Position numbers and translations under genes: made by a program. From Ranitomeya imitator (taxonomy: Eukaryota): a DNA stretch of 64,000 nt. The notes below the pieces were generated by a model that saw nothing but the letters and a program-made list of their open reading frames with translations, was not told the origin of the DNA and ran no database searches. Below, piece by piece: positions 13,190 to 27,043 of this stretch. The stretch's first letter is position 1, and the number at the start of each line of letters is the position of its first letter. Location of the stretch: NCBI RefSeq assembly GCF_032444005.1, contig NC_091286.1:167400001-167464000 (forward strand), in the 5' to 3' direction.

Positions 13190-14720
13190 GAATACAATAA
13201 GATCAACTAATTTCTTCTCATCTGATCATAATAGGGAGTATAAGATTACGCAGTATATTTCATGCAGTACCGATTATGTTGTATACTATGCAACATGTAC
13301 TTGTGATTTGATTTATATAGGCCTCACATCACAGGAGTTACGGATTCGAATCCGCGAGCATGTTAGAGACATAGTGGCAGCAAAGGATGTTTTGGATATT
13401 ACAACTTTAAAAACAATCCCACGTCACTTCAAATTATTTCATCATTGCAATTCTGCTGATTTGAAAGTGAGGGGAATTGATAGGATCAGAGGTGGGGTCC
13501 GAGGGGGAGACCTGAAGAAAAAATGGGGCAATTAGAATGTCTCTGGATCACGTTACTTGGTAATAATAATAATAATAATAATAATTTTTATTTATATAGC
13601 GCCAACATATTCCGCAGCGCTTTACAAATTATAGAGGGGACTTGTACATACAATAGACATTACAGCATAACAGAAATACAGTTCAAAACAGATACCAAGA
13701 GGAGTGAGGGCCCTGCTCGTAAGCTTACAAACTATGAGGAAAAGGGGAGACACGAGAGGTGGATGGTAACAATTGCTATAGTTATTCGGACCAGCCATAG
13801 TGTAAGGCTTGGGTGTTCATGTAAAGCTGCATGAACCAGTTAATTAATTTTTTTTTTTTTAATATAGGCCACACAGGGATCGTTAGGTTAATGCATTGAG
13901 GCGGTAGGCCAGTCTGAACAAATGAGTTTTTAGGGCACGCTTAAAACTGTGGGGATTGGGGATTAATCGTATTATCCTAGGTAGTGCATTCCAAAGAATC
14001 GGCGCAGCACGTGTAAAGTCTGGTACGATGACACCAGCTGGATTAAATGAACAACTTAGCTTCTCCTCTTTTTTGTAGTTTCTGTGCTTGAGCTGCTTGT
14101 GAGCTCCAATTTTCCCGGACCTTATTTTAATTGTGTGTCTTTTGTCTTTCACTGTTTTTTAGTTTTTTAACTTCAATTTTTTTGGAGCGTCTATTCATCA
14201 GAGGGAGGAGTATTGAGTAGCCTGCTTCTGCATTACCATACAAGAAAAGAAATATGTGCTTTTATGCCCTGCGCACCAGCAATTCAATTCTTCACTTACA
14301 ACATTATTATTATTGTTCACCCAGTCATTCTTGTATATTTGGCTGTTATTTATGTTGATATTAGACAATATATATTATCTATATATGCACTGTCACTTTA
14401 TTACATGCATATTGTCACTACACGAATTACGCAATATGTTATTGTCTTTTTATTCTTTATTTTTTATTTTTTTGCCATGGTTGCCTTTTGGCAACATGAG
14501 TTCACTTGCACTGTCACTTTATTCTGATCGCGCTTATTCTTACAGTTTTGGTCAGGAGTTTGTCGGCTTGATATTTGCCTTGTTGCTACGTTACCATATG
14601 ATTTCGCCCCTACCTATTGACGGAGTACAGGCTGTACGCATGCGCTCTGTGGCCACACGCTGGTTGGCGCCACCGACGGCGCTCGATTGTGACGCTTGCG
14701 GGAAATGACGTCATTAGGGG
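13190..14720 (+). mobile_element. Penelope-like element 3' fragment (GIY-YIG), split by an L2; right boundary approximate
   Basis: SCSTDYVVYYATCTCDLIYIGLTSQELRIRIREH. The frame resumes after the L2 as LWITLLG|TMTPAGLNEQLSF. Confidence 0.85.
13563..14023 (-). mobile_element. L2 3' fragment
   Basis: DFTRAAPILWNALP...FKRALKTHLF, (ATT)n tail and TGGTA junction homology. Same subfamily as 49984-50336. Confidence 0.88.
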
Positions 14721-15009
14721 ATTTCCCCTACCCGCAGCGCCACTGTGAATGTTGCGATCGCCGGTAATTAACTGTTTACCGGCGACCGCAAAAAAAAAAG
14801 TAAAGTGTAATTCTCTGTCCTCTGATGTGATCGCACATCAGAGGACAGAGAAATAGGGGGATTTGGGGACCCTACAATACTCACCTGTGTCCCTGGATAC
14901 TCTTGCTGCTCCTCCTGGCCGCCGGCAGAAGAACATGGCGGACGCATGCCCAGTGCGCCCGCCATCTGTCTCCATCTGCCGGCCGGCAGGAGAACAGCAG
15001 TTTGGGCTA

Positions 15010-15935
15010 AAATTAGGGTTAGGGGTAGGGTTATGGTTAGGGGTAGGGTTAGGGGTAGGGTTAGGTTAGGGGTAGGGCTAGGGTTAGGGCTAGGGTTGGG
15101 GCTAAATTTAGGGTTAGGGTTGGGGCTAAATTTAGGGTTAGGCTTCTTTCACACTTATGTCGGTACGGGGCCGTCGCAATGCGTCGGCCCGACATACCGA
15201 CGCACGTTGTGAAAATTGTGCACAACGTGGGCAGCAGCTGTAGTTTTTCAACGCATCCGCTGCCCAATCTATGTCCTGGGGAGGAGGGGGCGGAGTTACG
15301 GCCACGCATACGCGGTCAGAAATGGCGGATGCGACGTACAAAAAAACCGTTTCATTGAACGTTTTTTTGTGCCGACGGTCCGCCAAAACACAACTGATCC
15401 AGTGCACGACGGACGCGACGTGTGGCCATCCGTCACGATCCGTCGGCAATACAAGTCTATGGGCAAAAAACGCATCCTGCGGGCACATTTGCAGGATCCG
15501 TTTCTTGTCCAAAACGACGGATTGTGACGGAATGCCAAACGACGCAAGTGTGAAAGTAGCCTTAGGGCTAGGGTTAGGGTTGGGGCTAAAGTTAGGGCTA
15601 GAGCTGGGATTAGGGTTAGGACTTGGATTAGGGTTGGTATTAGGGTTAGGGTTGGCATTAGGGTTACGCTTGGGATTAGGGTTAGGTTTGGGATTAGGGT
15701 TTAGGTTAGGGTTGTGATTAGGGGTGTATTGGGATTAGGGTTAGGTTTGAGGTTAGGGTTGAGATTAGGATTAGGGGTGTGTTGGATTTAGGGTTTTGAT
15801 TAGGGTTATGGTTAGGGTTGACATTAGGGTTGTTTTGGGGTAAGGGTTGTGATTATGGTTAGGGTTAGTGATTAGGATTATGGATCAGGTTGGGATTAGG
15901 GTTAGGGGTGTGTTGGGGTTAGGGTTGGAGCTAGA
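15010..15935. repeat. Degenerate (TTAGGG)n tract in copy D, interrupted by a MITE
   Basis: TTAGGG, GTAGGG, CTAGGG and TTGGGA variants. Confidence 0.9.
15141..15561. mobile_element. PIF/Harbinger-type MITE, 421 bp
   Basis: TIRs GGCT(T/A)CTTTCACACTT and 3-bp TSD TTA (15138-15140, 15562-15564). Confidence 0.88.
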
Positions 15936-18770
15936 ATTGGGGGGTTTCCACTGTTTAGGTACATCAGGGGGTCTCCAAACACGACAGCCAATTTTGCGCT
16001 CAAAAAGTCAAATGGTGCTCCCTCCCTTCTGAGCTCTGCCGTGTGCCCAAACAGTGGGTTACCCCCACATATGGGGCATCAGCGTACTCGGGATAAATTG
16101 GACAACATCTTCTGGGGTCCAATTTCTCTTGTTACCCTTGTGAAAATAAAAACTTGGGGGCTACAATATCTTTTTTGTGAAAAAAAAAAACATTTTTTAT
16201 TTTCACGACTCTGCATTCTAAACTTCTGTGAAGCACTTAGGCATTCAAAGTTCTCACCACACATCTAGATAAGTTCCTTGGGGGGTCTAGTTTCCAAAAT
16301 GGGGTCACTTGTGGGGGGTTACTACAGTTTAGGTACATCAGGGGCTCTGCAATCGCAACATAATGCCCACAGACCATTCTATCAAAGTCTGCATTCCAAA
16401 AAGGCGCTCCTTCCCTTCCGAGCTCTGCCGTGCGCCCAAACAGTGGTTTACCCCCACATATGGCGCATCAGCGTACTCGGGATAAATTGGACAACAACTA
16501 TTGCAGTCCAATTTCTCCTGTTACCCTTGTAAAAATAAAAACTTGGGGGCTACAATATCTTTTTTGTGGAAAAAAAAATATTTTTTATTTTCACGACTCT
16601 GCATTCTAAACTTCTGTGAAGCACTTGGGCATTCAAAGTTCTCACCACACATCTAGATAAGTTCCTTGGGGGGTCTAGTTTCCAAAATGGGGTCACTTGT
16701 GGGGGGTTACTACAGTTTAGGTACATCAGGGGCTCTGCAATCGCAACATAATGCCCACAGACCATTCTATCAAAGTCTGCATTCCAAAAAGGCGCTCCTT
16801 CCCTTCCGAGCTCTGTCGTGCGCCCAAACAGTGGTTTACCCCCACATATGGGGTACCAGCATACTCAGGACAAATTGGACAACAACTTTTGGGGTCCAAT
16901 TTCTCTTGTTACCCTTGTGAAAATAAAAACTTTGGGGCTAAAAAATCTTTTTTGTGGAAAAAAAAATATTTTTTATTTTCACGGCTCTGCATTATAAACT
17001 TCTGTGAAGCACTTGGGCATTCAAGGTTCTCACCACACATCTAGATAAGTTCCATGGGGGGGGTCTAGTTTCCAAAATGGGGTCTCTTGTGGGGGATTTC
17101 TACTGTTTAGGCACATCAGGGGCTCTCCAAACGCGACATGGCGTCCGATCTCAATTCCAGCGAATTCTACATTGAAAAAGTAAAACGGCACTCTTTCTCT
17201 TCCAAGCTCTGCGGTGCGCCCAAACAGTGGTTTACCCCCACATATTGGGTATCGACGTACTCAGGAGAAATTGCACAACAACTTTAGTGGTCTAATTTCT
17301 CCTGTTACCCTTGTGAAAATAAAAATTTGTGGGCAAAAAGATCATTTTTGTAGAAAAAATGCAATTTTTTTTTTTTCACGGCTCTACGTTATAAACTTCT
17401 GTGAAGCACATGGGGGTTCAAAGTGCTCGCCACACATCTAGATAAGTTTCTTAAGGGGTCTAGTTTCCAAAATGGTGTCACTTGTGGGGGGTTTCCACTG
17501 TTTAGGCACATCAGAGGCTCTCCAAATGCGACATGGCGTCCAATCTCAATTCCAGCCAATTCTACATTGAAAAAGTAAAACGGCGCTCCTTCACTTCCAA
17601 GCTCTGCGGTGCGCCCAAACAGTTGTTTACCCTCACATATGGGGTATCGACGTATTCAGGAGAAATCGCACAACAACTTTTGTGGTCTAATTTCTCCTGT
17701 TATCCTTGTGAAAATAAGAATTTGTGGGCGAAAAGATCATTTTTGTGTAAACAAAAGCGATTTTTTATTTTCACGGCTCTACGTTATAAACTTCTGTGAA
17801 GCACTTGGGGGTTCAAAGTGCTCACCACACATCTAGATAAGTTCCTTAAGGGGTCTAGTTTCCAAAATGGTGTCACTTGTGGGGAGTTTCCACTGTTTAG
17901 GCACATCAGGGGCTCTCTAAATGTGACATGGCGTCCGATCTCAATTCCAGCCAATTCTGCATTGAAAAAGTCAAACGGCGCTCCTTCACTTCTAAGTTCT
18001 GCGGTGCGCCCAAAAAGTGGTTTACCCCCACATATGGGGTATTGGCGTATTCAGGAGAAATTGCATAACAAAATTTATGGTTACATTTCTGTTTTTACAC
18101 TTGTGAAAATAAAAAAAATGGTTCTGAATTAAGATGTTTGCAAAAAAAAGTTAAATGTTCATTTTTTCCTTCCACATTGTTTCAGTTCCTGTGAAGCACG
18201 TAAAGGGTTAATAAACTTCTTGAATGTGGTTTTGAGAACCTTGAGGGGTGTAGTTTTTAGAATGGTGCCACACTTGGGTATTTTCTATCATATAGACCCC
18301 TCAAAATGACTTCAAAAGTGATGTGGTCCCTAAAAAAAAATGGTGTTGTAAAAATGAGAAATTGCTGGTCAACTTTTAACCCTTATAACTCCCTAACAAA
18401 AAAAAAATTTTGTTTCCAAAATTGTGCTGATGTAAAGTAGACATGTGGGAAATGTTATTTATTAACTATTTTTCGTGACATATCTCTCTGATTTAAGGGC
18501 ATAAAAATACAAAGTTTGAAAATTGCAAAATTTTAAAAATTTTCGCCATATTTCCGTTTTTTTCATAAATAATCGCAAGTAATATCGAAGAAATGTTACC
18601 ACTAACATGAAGTACAATATGTCACGAAAAAACAGTCTCAGAATCAGCGGGATCCGTTGAAGCGTTCCAGAGTTATAACCTCATAAAGTGACAGTGGTCA
18701 GAATTGCAAAAATTGGCTCGGTCATTAAGTACCAAATTGGCTCTGTCACTAAGGGGTTAAGCGTGACCAC

Positions 18771-19583
18771 TGTTATGATAAGGTAATTCAGTACCACAAT
18801 GGACATAGAGGTCAGAGCACATACAGTGACCTGACAATAACCCAAAAACATTGAACGAGCTCTGAGACGTGGGAACTCTGCTGACCGCAAACCCTAATCC
18901 TCTCCAACCACACTAGAGGCAGCCGTGGATTGCGCCTAACGCTCCCTATGCAACTCGGCACAGCCTGAGAAACTAGCTAGCCTGAAGATAGAAAATAAGC
19001 CTACCTTGCCTCAGAGAAATACCCCAAAGGAAAAGGCAGCCCCCACATATAATGACTGTGAGTTAAGATGAAAAGACAAACGTAGAGATGAAATAGATTT
19101 AGCAAAGTGAGGCCCGACTTTCTGAACAGAGCGAGGATAGGAAAGGTAACTTTGCGGTCAACACAAAACCCTACAAAAACCACGCAAAGGGGGCAAAAAG
19201 ACCCTCCGTACCGAACTAACAGCACGGAGGTACACCCTCTGCGTCCCAGAGCTTCCAGCAAGCAGGAAAAAACAAATAGACAAGCTGGACAGAAAAAAAC
19301 AGCAAACAAAATGGCAAAGCGGAACTTAGCTATGCAGAGCAGCAGGCCACAGGAACGATCCAGGAGGAAACAGGTCCAATACTAGAACATTGACTGGAGG
19401 CCAGGATCAAAGCACTAGGTGGAGTTAAATAGAGCAGCACCTAACGACTTCACCACATCACCTGAGGAAGGAGACTCAGAAGCCGCAGTACCACTTTCCT
19501 CCACCAACGGAAGCTCACAGAGAGAATCAGCCGAAGTACCACTTGTGACCACAGGAGGGAGCTCTGCCACAGAATTCACAACA
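18771..19583 (-). mobile_element. Solo LTR, 813 bp, 6-bp TSD
   Basis: TGTTATGA...TCACAACA termini with GACCAC on both sides (18765-18770, 19584-19589). No internal sequence. Orientation is inferred. Confidence 0.85.
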
Positions 19584-19903
19584 GACCACACACAGGCTAC
19601 CATGGGTGAGATTATCTCTTGTGCAGTTATATATATATTTTATTGAATTGATTCTTTTTCACAACAGATTTGTGAGACAGTGTCTTTATAATAATGTCTT
19701 GCTTACCCGTATGACTAATTGGGCATTAAAACCTTTTTTTTTGTCATATGTACATCTTTACTGGTGAATTTTTATGCAAGGAGGCCCATTTTAACAATGT
19801 TATACTGATGTTGGCAAGATGCTTTGATCTATCCCGTGCCTGTAATTTATATGTGTGGAACCGCACATTGGTTTCTTTTTGACACCGTGCGCCATCTATC
19901 TTA

Positions 19904-20177
19904 GGCTAGTTTCACACTAGCGTTTACCTGATCTGCGGCGGGCTGCAGACTTCTTCCGTGAAGCCCCGCCCTCAGCCGCACCTCTGCCGCTAGCTCCGCC
20001 TACTTCTGCATGCGGCCTGCATACCTATCTTTAACTTTAGGTACGCAGGTCGTGCGGCTGTATGCGGATGCTTCCTCATGCGTCGTTTTGACGATGCGGA
20101 GGGAAAAAAATTGCTACAGGCTGCGTCCTACGCTGGTCGCCGCATCGTCAAAACGACACATGCGGAAGCATCCGCAT
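19904..20177. mobile_element. Truncated Harbinger-type MITE
   Basis: TTA|GGCTAGTTTCACACT resembles the 15141 TIR, and there is an internal hairpin (CGTTTTGACGATGCGG / CCGCATCGTCAAAACG). No right TIR. Confidence 0.65.
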
Positions 20178-20879
20178 ATATATTGGTGTAATAAAAATTT
20201 ATATTTTTTACATATTGGGACTTTTGTACTCTATGGCTCTTGCAGGTTGAAGGTTTGATAGTGTCCGTTTTTTGTTTTTGGTCCAATTACCATCAGCATG
20301 ACATTCGGTGTCATAAATGTTTTTTCTGTTTGGTTGATATTGATTATATCTTTTTATGTGCATGTTCCTTGGTATAGCTAGTCAAATATATTTATGGATT
20401 GCCCTCCCACTGCATAGCAGAAACACTGGAATTGTTTGTATGTGCATTTTGATATAACAATCCTGAGAGACGGCAATGTTCATCAGTCTTTTTATCCTAT
20501 TATCAATATATTTGCACGGCTAACGGGCAGTAGCAATATGCCATTAAATTAATAATGGCTAATGATTACTTTTCAGCAATTTAACACCCCATGCATTTGC
20601 ATTTTCACATAGATAATTTCCTGTGTATACATGTGTCCTGCTCAAGCTCTCGGTGTAATTTTTGGTTGATCTGAGTCACCTTGTCTATAAGTCTACTTAT
20701 GTATTTGTATGCATTTTAACTATTTATAATAAAGAAATTTTGTTTTTAAAATATTTATGTGAACACTTCTTAATCTGACCATAGTCTGTATAACTGTGGG
20801 ATTAGTATGTTGCAAAAGCCAAAAAGAGGTAGCCATGGAATTCTACTGCTGTCTTAGTCAAGTGTCACATATAATAAAG

Positions 20880-21430
20880 ACAGAAAAAGAATGTTAGGAA
20901 ACAGCTGACAAGCCTACAAGTGGACGACCATGGAAAACTTCCTCCAAAGTTCATCACATTATAAGAAAATGTCTGTTTGAGGTCTATAAAAGTTCTGTAC
21001 AGATTTAGCACAAAATAAACAAAGAATATGGGGTCAAAGAGAGTCGTCAAACTGTGGTGCAAAGGCTAAGAGCAGTAGGGTTGAGTGCATGAGTTCCAGT
21101 CAAGAAGCCTTTCATCTCTGCTAAGAATCGGAAGGTCCGACTTGAGTTTGCTAAAGAACACAGCCAATGGAGAGTGGCAAATTGCTCTAAAGTGTTGTGG
21201 TTGGATGAATACAATTTCATTCTGTTTGATATTGATGGCAAGCACTATATATACCTCTCAATTGGAAAACGTAATGATGTAAGGTACCATACACCTATAG
21301 TGAAACATGTTGGTAGCAATGTCATGGTTTAGGGCGGCTTGGCCCTCAAAATAGAATTGATAGAAATATGAATGAATGCAAATGCTACCATGCACAAGGA
21401 TATACTGGAGAATGTAATGAAGCCACATGG
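20880..21430 (+). mobile_element. Old Tc1 transposase relic
   Basis: PVKKPFISAKNRKVRLEFAKEH...KVLWLDE, with stops. Confidence 0.7.
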
Positions 21431-22279
21431 TAAACCAAAGCAGGCAGAGGTTGGAAATTATTACTGATAATAGATTTGTGCTGAAAGTGTGATAGGAAAA
21501 AGGTTTTTAATCATCGTAAACCAGTACTAATAGTGTGTTGATCTAGCTGATGGCAACAAAGGAATTAGTGCTGAAAAAAGATGGACAAAGAAGTAATCAG
21601 GGTTATTCAAAACCAAGATTAACCACATATGTTATGAATTATTGTAACTTGCCCAAGGAAAAGCTGAAAAGGAAAATGATTATCTTAAATCATAAACCAG
21701 AGCAATGCAATTTTGCTGAAAGAGAAAATGGTATTTGTATGAAAAGCTGGAATATTCTCAGGTGCTGTAGGGTAAAGCGGCAGAAAGTAAAGGATTAACA
21801 CAATGCAATCAAATGTTAAGTCCCGGCACAGAAGATTAACCCACTGTAATCAATAGTCCATACAGTACATGTACCTTCGTTTGCTTAGATAGTTCAAAGT
21901 CTGTGTCCGTTGGGAGGGGTGCCCCGGCCGGTGGCTGCTGCTCAAAAAGGATTCTCCAGCAGTGGGTGAAGTGTTTGTGCCCAGTAAGTAGTGCGCGCTC
22001 AAGGCGCAGAGATGAATTACACAATTGTCATTAAATACGGTACCTCCGGTGGTCTGCGGAAAAAACTGGTGCTTCAGTAGGCAACTTCATCCTGGCGCTC
22101 AGCGGTAGGAGTAGGACCTTGCTGGTGCAACGATGAACCACAATACCCGCGCTCCAGCGGTCGGCAGGGATCCGATCCCTCTGGTCGGTAGTTTCGTCCT
22201 AGCAGTATGCAATTGGAGCAGGACCTGTTTGACGCAGTGGATCACGTGATGCCACGTGACCGCTGCTGGATGAGGTACG

Positions 22280-23181
22280 GATGACGCGTTTTGGAAAATT
22301 CTGTTTCCTTCTTCAGGGATGGTCTCTCTATCAGTCACAGTCCTTATATAGGTCCTATGTCAATTAGCCTGTGTCAATAAAAAGCAAATAATTCCATTTC
22401 GCTGTTTAACCTTCTAGGGATCAGGGTATCCAGGGTAAATATCTTAGCTTTCTGCACGGGACCTAGTTTTGATAAAATTACCCATGCTCCAATATTGAGG
22501 TATAATTTCAAGACCCGTTACTTCCATGGATTGTGCCACACTTCCATGGCATTCTACAAAATGTTTTAAGAGAGGGTGATTAAGAAATTTCTGTTTAACC
22601 CCTTTCTGCCATTAGTCGTACTATTCCATCCATGTGACCCGGGCCCTACTTCCCATGGATGGAATAGTACGTCATAGGCCCGTGAGCGCGGCCGATCGCC
22701 GCCCGGTGTCAGCTGACTATTACAGCTGACATCTGGCACTATGTGCCAGGAGTGGTCACGGACCGCTCCCGGCACATTAACCCCTCGGTACACTGCGATC
22801 AAGCATTATCGCAGCGTTCCGGTGGCATAGGGAAGCATCGCACAGGGAGGGGGCTCCCTGCGTGCTTCCCTGAGACTCTCGGAACAACGCGATGTGATAG
22901 CGTTGTTCAGAGGGTCTCCTACCTCGTCCTCCCTGCAGGCCCCGGATCCAAAATGGCCGCGGGGCTTTTTCCCGGTCCTGTAGGGAGGTGGCTTGCAAGC
23001 GCCTGCTCAGAGCAGGCGTTGGCAAGCCTGGAGCACTGCCTGTCAGATCGCTGATCTGACACAGTGCTTTGGAAAGTGTCAGATCAGCGATCTGACACTA
23101 TAGCATGATATCCCACCCTGGGACAAAGTAAAAAACTAATAAATAATAAAAAAATAATTGCATGTGTAAAAAAAAAAAAAA

Positions 23182-23241
<60 letters not shown>

Positions 23242-25830
23242 TGTTCCAATAAATACATTTCTTTTTCTACCGTAATTAAAAAAAAATAAAAGTACACATT
23301 TAGTATCGCCACATCCGAAAGGACCCGACCTATAACACTGTCCCACTAGTTAACCCCATAAGTGATCACCGTAAAAAAAGAGGCAAAAAACAACGCTTTA
23401 TTATCATACTGCCCAGCAAAAAGTGGAATAACACGCGATCAAAAAGACTGTTATAAATAAACATGGTACCGCTGAAAATGTCATCTTGTCCCGCAAAAAA
23501 CTAGCCGCCATACAGCATTATCAGAAAAAAAAGTTATAGTCCCCAGAAGCAAAAATAATTATTTTTTATATAAAATAGATTTTATCGTATAAAAGCGCCA
23601 AAACATAAAAAAATATAAATGAGGTATCGCTGTAATCCTACTGACCCGAAGAATAAAACTGCTTTATCAATTTTATCAAACGTGGAATGGTATGAATGCC
23701 CCCCCCCAAAAGAAATTCACAAATTGCTGGTTTTTGTTCATTCTGCCTCGCAAAAATAGGAATAAAAAGTAATCAAAAAAAGTAACATGCCCGAAAATGG
23801 TACCAATAAAAAACATCAACTCGTCCCGCAAAAAACAAGACCTCACATATGACTCTGTGGACCAAGGTATGGAAAAATTATAGCTCTCAAAATGTGGAGA
23901 TGCAAAAACTATTTTTTGCAATGAAAAGCGTCTTTTAGTGTGTGACAGCTGCCAATCATAAAAATCCCCAAAGAAACTCGCAATCAAAGTAAATCAAACC
24001 CCCCTTCATCACCCCCTTAGTTGGAGAAATATAATAAAATTGTAAAAATTTATTTATTTCCATTTATCCATTAGGGTTAGGGTTGGGGCTAAAGTTAGGG
24101 TTAGGGCTACAGTTATGGTTAGGGTTTGGATTACATTTACGGTTGGGATTAGGGTTAGGGGTGTGTTTGGGTTAGGGTTTCAGTTGGAATTGGGGGGTTT
24201 CCACTGTTTAGGCACATCAGGGGCTCTCCAAACGCGACATGGCGTCCGATCTCAATTCCAGCCAATTTTGCATTGAAAAGTCAAACGGCGCTCCTTCCCT
24301 TGCGAGCTCTCCCGTGCGCCCAAACAGGGGTTTACCCCAACTTATGGGGTATCAACGTACTCAGACCAAATTGGACAACAACGTTTGGGGTCCAATTTCT
24401 CTTGTTACGCATGGGAAAATAAAAACTTGGGGGGCTAAAAAATCATTTTTGTGGGAAAAAAATTATTTTCACGGCTCTCCGTTATAAACTGTAGTGAAAC
24501 ACTTGGGGGTTCAAAGTTCTCACAACACATCTAGATAAGTTCCTCAGGGGGTCTAGTTTCCAATATGGGGTCACTTGTGGGGGGTTTCTACTGTTTAGGT
24601 ACATCAGGGGCTCTGCAAACGCAATGTGACGCCTGCAGACCATTCCATCTAAATCTGCATTCCAAACAGCGCTCCTTCCCTTCCGAGCTCTGCCATGCGC
24701 CCAAATGGTGGTTCCCCCCAAGTTCCCTAGGGGGTCTACTTTCCAAAATGGTCTCTCTTGTGGGGGTTTCAATGTTTAGGCACATCGGGGGCTCTCCAAA
24801 CGCGACATGGCGTCCTATCTTAATTCCAGTCAATTTTGCATTGAAAAGTCAAATGACGCTCCTTCCCTTCCAATCCATGCGCCCAAACAGTGGTTTATCC
24901 CCACATATGGGGTATCAGTGTGCTCAGGACAAATTGCACAACATCGTTTGGGGTCCAATTTCTCCTGTTACCCTTAGTAAAATAAAACAAATTGGAGCTA
25001 AAGTAAATTTTTAGTGAAAAAAGTTAATGTTCATTTTTTTTCTTTTTTAAACATTCCAAAAATTCCTGTGAAACACCTGAAGGGTTAATAAACTTCTTGA
25101 ATGTGGTTTTGAGCACTTTGAGTGGTGCAGTTTTTAGAATGGTGTCACACTTGGGTATTTTCTATCATATAGACCCCTCAAAGTGACTTCAAATGTGATG
25201 TGGTCCCTAAAAGAAAAATGGTGTTGTAAAAATGAGAAATTGCTGGTCAACTTTTAACCCTTATAACTGCCTAACAAAAAAAAAAATTTGGTTCCAAAAT
25301 TGTGCTGAAGTAAGTAGACATGTGGGAAATGTTACTTATTAAGCTTTTTGTGTGACATAACTCTGTGATTTAAGGGCATAAAAATTCAAAGCTGGAAAAT
25401 TGCAAAATTTTCAAAATTTCTGCCAAGTTTCTGTTTTTTCCCCACAAATAAACGCAGGTAATATCAAAGAAATTTTACCACTAACATGAAGCACAATATG
25501 TCATGAGAAAAGTGTCAGAATCACTGGGATCTGTTGAAGCGTTCCCGAGTTATAACCTCATAAAGGGACATTGGTCAGAATTTTAAAAATTGGCCCGGTT
25601 ATTAACGTGCAAACCACCCTTGGGGGTAAAGGGGTTAATATTCCTGATAAGCTCACTAATTCTGACTTTCAGTGGGCTTTTTGTACAACCCACATACAGC
25701 TTGTCGCATGGGCATTTAATGAGATAGATAACACCCTCTGTAGAGCATGAAATAAAGTTTTTAATTTTATATTCTTTGCCATCCTTAGTAATTCCCAGTT
25801 TCTTGCGGGTTTTGGTCTGGTGGCACATTC
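22280..25830 (-). mobile_element. Penelope-like 3' fragment (GIY-YIG), split by copy C
   Basis: SCSTEGVIYLIKCPCDKLYVGCT...IRNI|KQKFLNHPLLKHF rejoins across TTAA. A hammerhead-like motif lies at 22283-22316. Confidence 0.82.
22599..25634 (-). mobile_element. piggyBac-like non-autonomous element, complete copy C (3,036 bp)
   Basis: TTAA at 22595-22598 and 25635-25638. Both ends start CCCCTTT. Reverse complement of copy B; contains (CA)n at ~23184-23231. Confidence 0.9.
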
Positions 25831-25861
25831 TACAACTATGGCAGGGGGGAAAAAACCTTAA

Positions 25862-26205
25862 AGGGAACCTGTCACCCCCAAAATCGAAGATGAGCTAAGC
25901 CCACCAGCATCAGGGGCTTATATACAGTATTCTGGAATGCTGTAGATAAGCCCCCGATGTAACCTGAAAATGAGAAAAAGAGGTTAGATTATACTCACCT
26001 GGGGGGGTCCGATCCGATGGGCGTCGTGGTCCGGTCCGGGGCCTCCCATCTTCTTACGATGATGTCCTCTTCTTGTATTCAAGCTGCGGCTCCAGCACAG
26101 GCGTACTTTGTCTGCCCTGTTGAGGGCAGAGCAAAGTACTGCAGTGCGCCGGGTAAGGTAAGAGAGGCCCGGGAACCTGCGCACTGCAGTACTTAGCTCT
26201 ACGCT
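25862..26205. mobile_element. T2/Kolobok-type MITE, left arm only
   Basis: TTAA|AGGGAACCTGTCACCCC, the same terminus as 38168. Confidence 0.7.
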
Positions 26206-27043
26206 GGAGCCTACACCTTTTCCAGGACATGACAGCGGGTCTGATCAGCTGTCATGTGCCCAGAACAGCCGCGGGTATCATTGCAATTCACTAGCGGCTG
26301 TGAACATGTTAAATGCCGCTGTCAAACTCTTGACAGCGGCATTTAACATGCACGTGCAGGGAGCGCGTCATGTCCCCATAAAACCCATACCCAAATAAAT
26401 ACACAGGACACAGATATCACAGTGGCATAAAATTGGCCGTGCGGTTTTATTCAGGGTTACATAAAATACCTTAAATATTTCCAATAAATAAACTTCCATA
26501 AAATAAATTCAAATTCTCCAAATTTCCAAATGTCCAAATCCACCCATACATGGGTGATTTTTCCCCACAATTAAAACCACACGACAGGATGAATGACGAT
26601 ATAGAGGGAGGGAGGGTGGGCTCTTCTTTAATCTTGCGTCAGCAACTGAGGCGCTCAGAACCGCCAGTCAGGTTAAATATTTGAAAAAAGACCGCCAAAA
26701 ACGCTCTCCACCAATGAGAATTCAGCAAACTTGCCGCTCAAAAACTGATTGAAACCAGATTGTCACGAATCTACCACAGATTCTGACATTACAATAACAT
26801 CATAAAAATGCATAAAATAGTTCCCAATAAAATGGACAGAGCAGGGTCTATGAGGACATGAGACCCCCGCTATACTGCTTTATGTCTTGAGCGGGGGGGC
26901 TTACATGTCCCCATAAAACCCATACCCAAATAAATACACAGGACACAGATATCACAGTGGCATATAATTGGCCGTGCGGTTTTATTCAGGGTTACATAAA
27001 ATACCTTAAATATTTCCAATAAATAAACTTCCATAAAATAAAT

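Larger units (their letters stand above)
14730..18756 (-). mobile_element. piggyBac-like non-autonomous element, sister subfamily copy D; left boundary approximate
   Basis: Terminus CCCCTTAGTGACAG on minus, with TTAA at 18757-18760. Carries about 5.5 units of the ~390-bp array (15940-18130) and a long TTAGGG-like tract. Confidence 0.8.

Noticed and set aside
15271-15717. GL-repeat, HK-rich (39004-39456) and Y-rich (48993-49307) ORFs as proteins
   Set aside because: They are translations of telomere-like and minisatellite repeats.
11965-15935. TTAGGG/CCCTAA tracts as a chromosome end or fusion scar
   Set aside because: They are degenerate, short and at the same internal position in five transposon copies.
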